Assembly: GCA_002269645.1 (NCBI GenBank)
Contig: NIVC01000562.1
Coordinates: forward strand, 178,638-242,637
Direction: 5' to 3'
DNA length: 64,000 nucleotides
Origin: Macrostomum lignano
Lineage: Eukaryota
Each line of letters begins with the position of its first letter. The stretch's first letter is position 1. A program made the position numbers and the translations under genes. Shown piece after piece: positions 51,664-62,283 of the stretch. Below the pieces are notes generated by a model. The model was given only the letters and a program-made list of their open reading frames with translations, had not been told where the DNA came from and made no database searches.

Positions 51664-54600
51664 ATGCCTGGCAGGGGAGATCCACTGCGAGCTGCAGCGA
51701 TCCTCATTGCTCTGACTTTGCTACTCTGTACTGATGGAGTTCAAGGCTGGTATCAGCTAAGTGAGTATCTTTGTGCTGCTGTCATTATTGATTAATTATG
51801 AATTTGAATTATATTTTTATGCTTCAAAATAAAATTTCGCTAGTTTAATGAATCATAATTCTAAAGGAAAATTTTAACTGTCATTAAGATTAGGGAGCGA
51901 CTCAATCAGTGAGCGACTCAATCAGTGAGCGACTCAATCAGTGAGCGACTCAATCAGTGAGCGACTCAATCAGTGAGCGACTCAATCAGTGAGCGACTCA
52001 ATCAGTGAGCGACTCAATCAGTAAGCGACTCAATCAGTGAGCGACTCAATCAGTGAGCGACTCAATCAGTGAGCGACTCAATCAGTGAGCGACTCAATCA
52101 GTGAGCGACTCAATCAGTGAGCGACTCAATCAATGAGCGACTCAATCAATGAGCGACTCAATCAGTGAGCGACTCAATCAGTGAGCGACTCAATCAATGA
52201 GCGACTCAATCAGTGAGCGACTCAATCAGTGAGCGACTCAATCAATGAGCGACTCAATCAGTGAGCGACTCAATCAGTGAGCGACTCAATCAGTGAGCGA
52301 CTCAATCAGTGAGCGACTCAATCAGTGAGCGACTCAATCAGTGAGCGACTCAATCAGTGAGCGACTCAATCAGTGAGCGACTCAATCAGTGAGTGACTCA
52401 ATCAGTGAGCGACTCAATCAATGAGCGACTCAATCAATGAGCGACTCAATCAGTGAGCGACTCAATCAGTGAGCGACTCAATCAGTGAGCGACTCAATCA
52501 GTGAGCGACTCAATCAGTGAGTGACTCAATCAGTGAGCGACTCAATCAATGAGCGACTCAATCAATGAGCGACTCAATCAGTGAGCGACTCAATCAGTGA
52601 GCGACTCAATCAGTGAGCGACTCAATCAATGAGCGACTCAATCAATGAGCGACTCAATCAGTGAGCGACTCAATCAATGAGCGACTCAATCAGTGAGCGA
52701 CTCAATCAGTGAGCGACTCAACCAGTGAGCGACTCAATCAGTGAGCGACTCAATCAATGAGCGACTCAATCAGTGAGCGACTCAATCAGTGAGCGACTCA
52801 ATCAGTGAGCGACTCAATCAATGAGCGACTCAATCAATGAGCGACTCAATCAGTGAGCGACTCAATCAGTGAGCGACTCAATTAGTGAGCGACTCAATCA
52901 GTGAGCGACTCAATTAGTGAGCGGCTCAATTAGTGAGCGACTCAATTAGTGAGCGACTCAATCAGTGAGCGACTCAATTAGTGAGCGACTCAATCAGTGA
53001 GCGACTCAATCAGTGAGCGACTCAATCAATGAGCGACTCAATCAATGAGCGACTCAATCAGTGAGCGACTCAATCAGTGAGCGACTCAATCAGTGAGCGA
53101 CTCAATCAGTGAGCGACTCAATCAGTGAGCGACTCAATCAATGAGCGACTCAATCAATGAGCGACTCAATCAGTGAGCGACTCAATCAGTGAGCGACTCA
53201 ATCAGTGAGCGACTCAATCAGTGAGCGACTCAATCAGTGAGCGACTCAATCAGTGAGCGACTCAATCAATGAGCGACTCAATCAATGAGCGACTCAATCA
53301 GTGAGCGACTCAATCAGTGAGCGACTCAATTAGTGAGCGACTCAATCAGTGAGCGACTCAATTAGTGAGCGGCTCAATTAGTGAGCGACTCAATTAGTGA
53401 GCGACTCAATCAGTGAGCGACTCAATTAGTGAGCGACTCAATCAGTGAGCGACTCAATCAGTGAGCGACTCAATCAGTGGGGCATTTAAACGTTAAATTG
53501 ACGACTTCAAGGAAGACGAAGCTCTTGGATACTCGGCGGTCAGCAGCGGCAGAGAAGCCACCAGCCAGCCGCCGCCGTCGCCGCCGTCCACCAGGCGACT
53601 CCAGACGCACCGCCAGGATTCCAATCGGCCGGCCGAGCAGCTGAGCTCCGCCCAGCCCAGCTCCAGCTCTGAGGCCGTCGATTTTCCTTCTTCAGCGCTG
53701 GCGTCGTCGCCGGCGGTGCCGGTCAGCCGGTAGGCGCGCAGTTTGAGCGCGCAAGTGTGCGCCGCGCCATGCGGCATGGCCAGCCGGGCGATGTCGCGCC
53801 ACGAAGCCACTGGCGTCGGCAGACTGGAGGCTGGCGCCGGTTTCCAACGCAGGCGCTGTTGGCGCCGCTGCCGCAGAAGCGCCGGCCGGCTCCACCAGTC
53901 CGCCAGCAGCTCGCCAGTGGCGCGCAGCACCAGCTGCAGGCGGAGCTGCACTCGCTGCGCGGCTTCGCCGCCGTTTCGGCGCCAGAAGCGCAGCTGCCCG
54001 ACCGACAGCCGGCCAGACCGACGCCCGATGCGCAGCGCCAGGCGCAGGAGGTCCAGGCCGGCTGCTTCGTCGGCCTCGCTGTCCGCCTCCGCCGGCGCCT
54101 CCAAGTGGCGCCAGAACATGACGCCGTCGCCGCGGAGGCTGCCGGGCGGCAGGCGGCGCAGCGGCACGACAATCCGGCCGAGTAGGCGGCGCCGAGGCTC
54201 GGCGCCAGCGCTGTTGCATTCGTCGCGCACCTCCAGCAGCAGTGCCAGATGCCGCTGATCAGCAGTGAGCAGCGACTCATCGAATTTGTTGAACTCGAAG
54301 GCCTCCAGCCAGACCGGCCGGTTGGTGAGGATTCGAGCCCGGGTACGCAGCTGGTTGGTCTCGGCCTGGACCGGCAGGAACCGGAGAGTCACGTAGGGGC
54401 AGAGCTGGCCGTCGTTTGGCTGCAGTCCGACTGCCCTGAGCAGCTTCACCGTGAGCTTCCGCTGCGGCTTTGAGTAGTGAAAGCTGAGCAGCAGCTTGCC
54501 GAGCCCCGCGTCCTCGCCTGTACGGAGCGGCAAAGCTTGAGAATCTGTTGCGGTTGTCATTCTCTGGCTCTGCTCATGCAGTTAGCAAAACTTCATTGAA

Positions 54601-57600
54601 TTTTGATATCAGTGTTCAGAGAGTGTACATGCCAGACAGGATTAGAAAGTCAAAGGGCCGTTGTAAACCCTGTGTGAGCGTGTGCATGAGTGCGTGCCTG
54701 AGTACAGCATTGGCGCGCACAGAAAAGATTGTAATTTTTACCGCACAAAGACTCAAATCTTAACAAAAGCATTAGAGTATAACCAATCCATGGCACACGA
54801 TGTCTCAGGACTCGATCGGACTGAAACAAAGACTCAAATCTCAATAAAAGCATTAGAGTATAACCAATCCATGGCACACGATGTCTCAGGACTCGATCGG
54901 ACTGAAACAAAGACTCAAATCTCAATAAAAGCATTAGAGTATAACCAATCCATGGCACACGATGTCTCAGGACTCGATCGGACTGAAACAAAGACTCAAA
55001 TCTCAATAAAAGCATTAGAGTATTAACCAATCCATGGCACACGATGTCTCAGGACTCGATCGGATTGAAACAAAGACTCCAAGCGGCGCTCACCGAAAGT
55101 GTCAATCAGCTGCAATTCTTCCAGCTGACGCTGCATCGCCGCGTCCTGCCTGTTGGCTCCGGCTGAGCTGGCCAGGATGAAGCTGAAGATGCTGAGAGAC
55201 GGGAAACAGTCGCACTACTGATAAATACTAGATTTTGGCAGCGGAGGAGCTTGAGCTGTCCCAGCTGCACTTGATGCACCGCGGGAGAGGTCGCGCCTCT
55301 ACAAGCGTTTATATTATTCGAATTTTTTAGCCGAGAGCAATGCTAAAGTAGCGAGGTCACATCGCTACACAGTTGAGATTACGTAATCGAGGTCAAATTC
55401 AGCACCCAGAGAGCCGTTTGGGGGGGGGTTACAAAAACACAAGCTACCAGCTGTTGAAATTATAAGTTTTTCGAGAGATGAAACACTGTGCACGCTGTCT
55501 TTGCAATGGTGCATGAATCAAATATTTCTAAAACGTAAACTCTAGAAACATAATGGGGTAGGGCAGCTCAGCGGTGAACGCGTCGTCGGACTCTCGCGCC
55601 GCGACCCCTGGTTCGAATCTGTGCGCGGCCTCATCAATTCGGGGCAATTCACAGCCATGAGAACCAACCGCCAAGGCGCAGAGAGTGTGCATGCTTAACA
55701 GGGTTAGATAGTCAGTTAGATAGTACACTCCTGTGTGAGTGTGTGCCTGTGCGTATGACTGCGTACGTATCCGCGCGCTTGTGTGCCTGCTCAGGGGAGT
55801 CGGTGGAATGGGCAGTAATGCCTCTCGCCGGTTGTGTGACAAAGTCGTGCTGCCTCTAATAACATAAAATCGTTCAGCTGAGCCCTTAACTGATTTTTCT
55901 TTTGTTGTTCCTTGAAGCCGATCTTCTCAACTCGTGCAGCGGCGTACCGGCGCCCACGGAGACGGGAATCGTCAGCGCGCAGGGATACACGGAGGGCAAC
56001 CTGGCGGATTGCCACCTGCTGTTAGAGTCCATGCCTGGCAGGCAGCTGGTGCTCTCCATAGAGAATCTTCAGGTGCGAAATGTGCACCTGTTCCACAGGC
56101 GCTGCGACAACTACATACAGATTCTGGCAGGTTAGTTCACACGGACCTGTGTATCACTGTTCACTTGTTCCTCTCTCTTGTTAATTTTATCCTTGCTATC
56201 TTTCCCTTATTCTTTTCCTATTGCCTCAAATCCTGTCTGCTGATTCTCATAGACCTCTCTCCCCCCTCTCCTCCTCCCCTCTCTCCTCCTCCCCCTATCT
56301 CCTCCTTCCATTTCTTATCCTTCCCTCTCTCCTCCTCCCCTCTCTCCTTCCATTTCTTATCCTTCCCTCTCTTCTCCTCCCCTCTCTCCTTCCATTTCTT
56401 ATCCTTCCCTCTCTCCTCCTCCCCTCTCTCCTCCTCCCCCTCTCCTCCTCCCCTCTCTCCTTCCCTCTCTCCTCCTCCCCTCTCTCCTCCTCCCCTCTCT
56501 CCTTCCCTCTCTCCTCCTCCCCTCTCTCCTTCCCTCTCTCCTCCTCCCCTCTCTCCTCCTCCCCTCTCTCCTTCCCTCTCTCCTCCTCCCCTCTCTCCTT
56601 CCCTCTCTCCTCCTCCCCTCTCTCCTTCCCTCTCTCCTCCTCCCCTCTCTCCTTCCCTCTCTCCTCCCCTCTCTCCTTCCCTCTCTCCTCCTCCCCTCTC
56701 TCCTTCCCTTTCTTATCCTCCCGTCTCTCCCCTCCTCCCCTCTCCTCCTCCCCTCTCTCCCCTCCCCTCTCTCCTCCCCTCCCCTCTCCTTCCCATGCTT
56801 CATGCTCTGCTCACTAATACCCCAAATCATTTTGTCTCTGATCTCTTTCCACTCTCCCACCCTCTTCTTCAATATTCATTTCTCTCTTTCCTTTCGATTT
56901 CTTTCTCTCTTCTCGCGTTCTTGACTAACTTTTATTCCTCTAAGAAGTATCTGATATTGCAACAGAATGAGTACAAGCAGCACCCTAGCTATTTAAAGTG
57001 ACTGGCGCCACTGACAGGCCAGCGGTCCAACAGCACCACCAAAGCCCTGAGCCGCAAGATCTGCTCGCACGTGCGCGACCAGCAAGTGTTCATTGTGTCC
57101 GAGAAATTCGTCCGGATTCAGCTGCACACAACCGGGCCTCGATATGTGCACTTCCGGTTGGTGTACACCAACGCTCTGCCGGGTGGGTGCCAGAATTCTG
57201 TGATCCATTACAGAGACTTATGTAGAGTTAGAGTGACAGACTTATGAAAAGTTAGAGTGACAGACTTATGGAGAGTTAAAGTGACAGACTTATGGATAGT
57301 TAAAGTGACAGACTTATGGATAGTAAAAGTGACAGATTTATGGAGAGTTGGAGTGACAGATTCAATGAGGGTCAGACTGTGTGACAGATTTAATGAGGGT
57401 CAGAGAGTGTGACAGATTCAATGAGGGTCAGAGAGTGTGACAGATTCAATAAGGGTTAGAGAGTGTGACAGATTCAATGAGGGTCAGAGTGTGTGACAGA
57501 TTCAATGAGGGTCAGACTGTGTGACAGATTTAATGAGGGTCAGAGTGTGTGACAGATTCAATGAGGGTCAGAGTGTGTGACAGATTCAATGAGGGTCAGA

Positions 57601-59055
57601 GTGTGTGACAGATTCAATGAGGGTCAGAGAGTGTGACAGATTTAATGAGGGTCAGAGAGTGTGACAGATTCAATGAGGGTCAGAGTGTGTGACAGATTCA
57701 ATAAGGGTCAGAGTGTGTGACAGATTCAATGAGGGTCAGAGTGTGTGACAGATTCAATGAGGGTCAGAGTGTGTGACAGATTTAATGAGGGTCAGAGAGT
57801 GTGACAGATTTAATGAGGGTTAGAGAGTGTGACAGATTTAATGAAGGTCAGAGAGTGTGACAGATTCAATGAGGGTCAGAGAGTGTGACAGATTCAATGA
57901 GGGTCAGAAAGTGTGACAGATTCAATGAGGGTTAGAGAGTGTGACAGATTTAATGAGGGTCAGAGAGTGTGACAGATTCAATGAGGGTCAGAGAGTGTGA
58001 CAGATTCAATGAGGGTCAGAAAGTGTGACAGATTCAATGAGGGTTAGAGAGTGTGACAGATTCAATAGATTCAGTCGCTCCCCACCGTCCACTCCAGCCT
58101 CGAAGTGCAAGCCGGACATGTTCAAATGCAAGAACAAGCGCCTGTGCGTAGGCAAGAGCCTGGTGTGCGATCGGCACAACAACTGCGGAGATTATAGCGA
58201 CGAGAATCACGAGCTGAGGCAGTGCCAGAGTGAATCATTGATAAATTTTGAAAGAAAATTTTACTTCTAAGAAGTCTTGTAAAGATATGAGCAATTCAAT
58301 GCTAATAACTCCGCCATTGAGCCATAGCATCTCAGCAACTCCCCATTGAGCCATGGCATCTCAGCAACTCCCCATTGAGCCATGGCTTCTCAGCAACCCA
58401 CCATCGAGCCATGGCATCTCAGCAACTCCCCATTGAGCCATGGCTTCTCAGCAACTCACCATCGATCCAGGGCATCTCAGCAACTCCCCATTGAGCCATG
58501 GCATCTCAGCAACTCCCCATTGAGCCATGGTATCTCAGCAACTCACCATCGAGCCATGGCATCTCAGCAACTCCCCATTGAGCCATGGCATCTCAGCAAC
58601 TCCCCATTGAGCCAGGGCATCTCAGCAACTCCCCATTGAACCATGGCATCTCAGCAACTCCCCATTGAGCCATGGTATCTCAGCAACTCCCCATTGAGCC
58701 ATGGTATCTCAGCAACTCCCCATTGAGCCATGGCTTCTCAGCAACTCACCATCGAGCTATGGTATCTCAGCAACTCCCCATTGAGCCATGGTATCTCAGC
58801 AACTCCCCATTGAGCCATGGCATCTCAGCAACTCCCCATTGAGCCATGGCAGCTCAGCAACGCAAAATCTAGAACATACACATAGAAGGAATTTCTGCAG
58901 CAGTAGTAACTTGCGCTCTTGACCTGCCCGCAGTTGTCACCTACTATCACGTGAACCTGGCCGTGTCCCTGGCTTGCAGTCTGATTGTCCTGCTGACGTT
59001 GGGATTCGCCATTTTCTACTGCACAAGACCCGCGAGCCGCGCTGGTATCGGCTGA
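51664..59055 (+). CDS. Single-pass membrane protein with signal peptide, CUB, LDL-receptor class A and TM domains. Exons 51664-51760, 55918-56130, 57018-57182, 58098-58229, 58934-59055
   Basis: Signal MPGRGDPLRAAAILIALTLLLCTDGVQG; CUB-like CSG...GIVSAQGY...DCHLLLESMPGRQLVLSIENLQV...CDNYIQI|...ICSHV...VRIQLHT..FRLVYT; LDLa CKPDMFKCKNKRLCVGKSLVCDRHNNCGDYSDE; TM LAVSLACSLIVLLTLGFAIFYC. All introns are phase 1. Confidence 0.85.
51896..53478. repeat. 16-bp satellite (gagcgactcaatcagt)n, ~99 copies
   Basis: Tandem units read directly, with caat/cagt/ttag variants. Confidence 0.97.
53493..55191 (-). CDS. Synaptotagmin-like tandem-C2 protein nested antisense in intron 1 of the CUB-LDLa gene. Main exon 54544-53493, probable upstream exon 55191-55094
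   Basis: C2A-like GKLLLSFHYSKPQRKLTVKLLRAVGL...PYVTLRFLP...RTRARILTNRPVWLEAFEF...LLGRIVVPL, followed by a degenerate second C2 (LLRLALRIGRRSGRLSV...LGWAEL). Phase-1 splice DTFG|DSQ is compatible. The 5' end is unresolved. Confidence 0.75.
54620..54725 (+). mobile_element. Partial family-2 SINE
   Basis: Contains gagagtgtacatgccagac...agaaagtcaaagggccgttgtaaaccctgtgtgagcgtg. Confidence 0.65.
54750..55078. repeat. Four copies of an 81-bp unit
   Basis: aaccaatccatggcacacgatgtctcaggactcgatcgg begins at 54781, 54862, 54943 and ~55025. Confidence 0.94.
55535..55860 (+). mobile_element. Full-length family-2 SINE
   Basis: Head ggggtagggcagctcagcggtgaacgcgtcg...ctctcgcgccgcgacccctggttcgaatc; core and tail are near-identical to 13740-13850. 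Confidence 0.82.
56255..56790. repeat. CT-rich polypyrimidine tract
   Basis: Read directly. Confidence 0.93.
57225..58066. repeat. 28-bp minisatellite (gagtgtgacagattcaatgagggtcaga)n with a related degenerate 5' part, filling an intron
   Basis: Tandem units read directly. Confidence 0.95.
58310..58860. repeat. 29-bp minisatellite (ccccattgagccatggcatctcagcaact)n
   Basis: Tandem units read directly. Confidence 0.95.
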
Positions 59056-59084
59056 GGAAAGCTGCGGCTGAGGAAGGGACAATG

Positions 59085-59470
59085 AAGGGATGATAAAGGG
59101 ATGATGAAGGGCTGATGAAGGAATGATGAAAGGATGGTTCATGGATGATGAATGGATGATGAAAGGACGAAAGGATGATGAAGAGGTGATGAAAGGAGGA
59201 TGAAAGGATGATGAAGGGATGATGCATGGATGATGAAAAAACGATAAAAGGATGATGAAGAGGTGATGAAAGGAGGATGAAAGGATGATGAAGAGGTGAT
59301 GAAAGGAGGATGAAAGGATGATGAAGAGGTGATGAAAGGAGGATGAAAGGATGATGAAGGGATGATGCATGGATGATGAAAGGACGATAAAAGGAGGATG
59401 AAGGGATGCTAAAGAGATTATGTAAGGTTTGATGAAGGGATCATGGAGGAATGATGAAGGGATGAAGAAA
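59085..59470. repeat. Degenerate (GAT/GAA) simple repeat
   Basis: Read directly. Confidence 0.9.
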
Positions 59471-59959
59471 AGACAACTATATAAGGATTATGAATCATGG
59501 GCGGATGTAGTGGCAAGTTTTGAAGGGATGAAAGATCTTAAAAAAAACTGTGAACTCAGATTTTTCTGGTTTTTACTTTTTTCTTTGATTTTTCTTATCA
59601 ATTATTCAATCAAAATTAGAATCTGCCACTCAGTGCACAACATATCACATGTGTATACTTCGTATTATTTATATTGCTGTACTTTTAATTGGTCGAAATT
59701 TACTAAAAATAAAACTAGTAAACACATGCTTTATCAACTATGGTGAATAAAAAATCGATAACGCTCTTTACTGTTGTTTTTAGTATCTGGTGATATCCTC
59801 CAGATAATATACCGGTACATGGGGAATTAAGGATAGAGATTATACAGAGTCATTATCGTTATTTTAAATCAAATAACTGAAGGTTGATGATGATGAAGGG
59901 ACTATGAAAGAATAGTGTATTATAGTGCCAGCACCACAGATATCAGCACTGTAAACATC

Positions 59960-60115
59960 AGCGTGTGAGTGTGTGCCTGTGCGTATGACTTCGTACGTAT
60001 CCGCGCGCTTGTGTGCCTGCTCAGGGGAGTCGGTGGAATGGGCTGCAATGCCTCTTGCTGGTTGTGTGAAAATGTCGCTGAAAGTGCACCAAGGTGCACA
60101 CAGCCCCTGCCTCTA
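59960..60115 (+). mobile_element. 3' tail fragment of family-2 SINE
   Basis: gtgtgagtgtgtgcctgtgcgtatgac...cgtacgtatccgcgcgcttgtgtgcctgctcaggggagtcggtggaatggg matches 55735-55810. Confidence 0.8.
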
Positions 60116-60382
60116 ATGAAAATAGCTAACGATACGTGTGCTTTTCTTCTGCGTGAAAGCTGGAAAGTATTGCCAATAGAGTAAAAAAAAAAAAAAACTG
60201 GTTACATTCCTAGCTTAGCGTGTCATACTAAAAGTGCGGAGCACGCGGATTTCAGAGTTACTAAAGTAAAAGTCAATGTGCGAATAGCATGCTTTGCTAG
60301 TGTGCGCTCAGAGAGGAAGTGTAAGAAAGTGAGACATAAATGTTGAATTATTTAATTAAAAACATGAAAACGTATTTGCTTG

Positions 60383-61822
60383 TCTCCAAAACCATAGACA
60401 ATCTACCATTATCTGCCTCCAGAACCATAGACACAATCTACCATTGTCTGCCTCCAAAACCATAGACACATTCTACCATTGTCTGCCTCCAAAACCATAG
60501 ACACAATCGACCATTGTCTGCCTCCAAAACCATAGACACAATCGACCATTGTCTGCCTCCAAAACCATAGACACAATCGACCATTGTCTGCCTCCAAAAC
60601 CATAGACAAAATCGACCATTGTCTGCCTCCAAAACCATAGACACAATCGACCATTGTCTGCCTCCAAAACCATAGACAAAATCGACCATTGTCTGCCTCC
60701 AAAACCATAGACAAAATCGACCATTGTCTGCCTCCAAAACCATAGACAAAATCGACCATTGTTCCCTTTTGTCTATGGTTTCCGGCATTCATACTTGCGG
60801 TAACAATTTAATTGTTTGTCGGCTTTTTTCGATTGTTGCCGGATTTCAGACGAATGTATTTGGCTATCAAAACAAGGAACAACAATAGCAACACGGCGAA
60901 AGTGTTTCATAGTCACAAAAAGTTCTTAAGAACAAACCGATCGAATCAATTGTTTTACTTTCCGTAAAAGTTGAATGTGCAGTTGTGGAACTGACCACCA
61001 CAGAGGCTTCTCGGCAGGTCTTGGCCGCCCTCGGGTGCTTTCATCAGCTCGCCTCTATCAGACCCAGTTGTCACACTTTCGATGGTGGATTCCGCATCGT
61101 CGTCAATCTTGGTGACTTTGGACCCACGTGAAGCTTCCGTTGCGTCTCGGTCGATTTCGGCACTGAGTCACTCTCAAGTCGGTCCAACATTTCCAGATCT
61201 TCGCTACCTAGCTCAGGCAGCCCGTTGGAACTGGACGACGCATCCAGGTTGTCCATCTCCAGAACGTAGCGCGTGCTCGACTCTCGGGTGACAAAAGCCA
61301 ACTCGTCCGTGGAGAGTCCACATATTTCTCCGCCAGGAATGTTTGCGTAGCGAATCATAGCTACTTTTCCTATTTGCACTCCGAATAGGAGAATTAATTC
61401 AAGCTCAAAATCAACTTGAGAATAAACTCATGGCAGCCAGGCTAGCTGTCTTCACTGTCCTTTAAATTTGCCATAAACGATTAATTATCTCTACAACCCT
61501 TTCATTTAGAGAGCAACTAAATTTGCCATAGACGATTGATTATCTCTACAACCCTTTCAAAGCGCATTCCGGCAACAATCGCATTTCATACTCAGCATCC
61601 GCACTATGTCTGGGCCATAGACAAGGGAAGTCAAAAGGGTACAATAATGACATGTACCTAGCAATTGCGTAAGCTGAAGCCGCGGCTACAATCTACGCGG
61701 CTTCAGCTTACGCAATTGCTGCCGAAAAAAATCGGTATATATCGTTACATTGTCTGCCTCCAAAACCATAGACACAATCGACCATTGTCTGCCTCCAAAA
61801 CTATGGACAATCTACAAACCAT
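60383..61822 (-). mobile_element. Probable non-autonomous, internally deleted Crypton-like (tyrosine recombinase, DUF3504-type) element with 35-bp terminal tandem repeats
   Basis: The 35-bp unit gtctgcctccaaaaccatagacacaatcgaccatt forms ~11 copies at 60385-60760 and ~2 at 61750-61815, in the same orientation. The minus-strand peptide ...LDRLESDSVPKSTETQ joins by a frame switch to ...GGQFHNCTFNFYGK* (stop 60955-60957). Family assignment rests on recalled motifs only. Confidence 0.5.
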
Positions 61823-62283
61823 ACCGTTTATGCATATGCTGTATAAATTATTATATATATTAATAAATTATCCGTGATTATTGGAGGCCAGGAAAAAAGC
61901 AAAATGACACATTTATTCATGAATTGATTAACTGCCCTTAATATAGGGAACCATTGATATTTTACGCGAGATGTGCATTTAAAAATGTAGCAATCTCAGC
62001 GATAAGTGATTGTTTTTCTTGCTCTCCGGTGTCAAAAATAATTAAACGATTTTCTAAGTGTTAATTAGAAGATTGCATGCAGTCGCGGTGCTTATCAACG
62101 AAAGTGATCTTTTGTGCATTGCTCTTAGCTATCACTGTTAATGGATTACAGCAGCTAATAAAGAAATGTTCTGCATAGGGAGTGCCTAAGAAGTCAAACT
62201 ACGGACGTTTTACTAAATTAGCTACGCAGAGCTTGCTAAAATCTGGCAGTTCAGTCGAGAGTTCAATAACCATCGATCCAATT

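Noticed and set aside
54682-55026. 27-aa repeat protein (TETKTQISIKALEYNQSMAHDVSGLDR)n
   Set aside because: The 81-bp repeat is open on both strands, lies between exons of the nested C2 gene, and its fourth unit has a frameshifting insertion.
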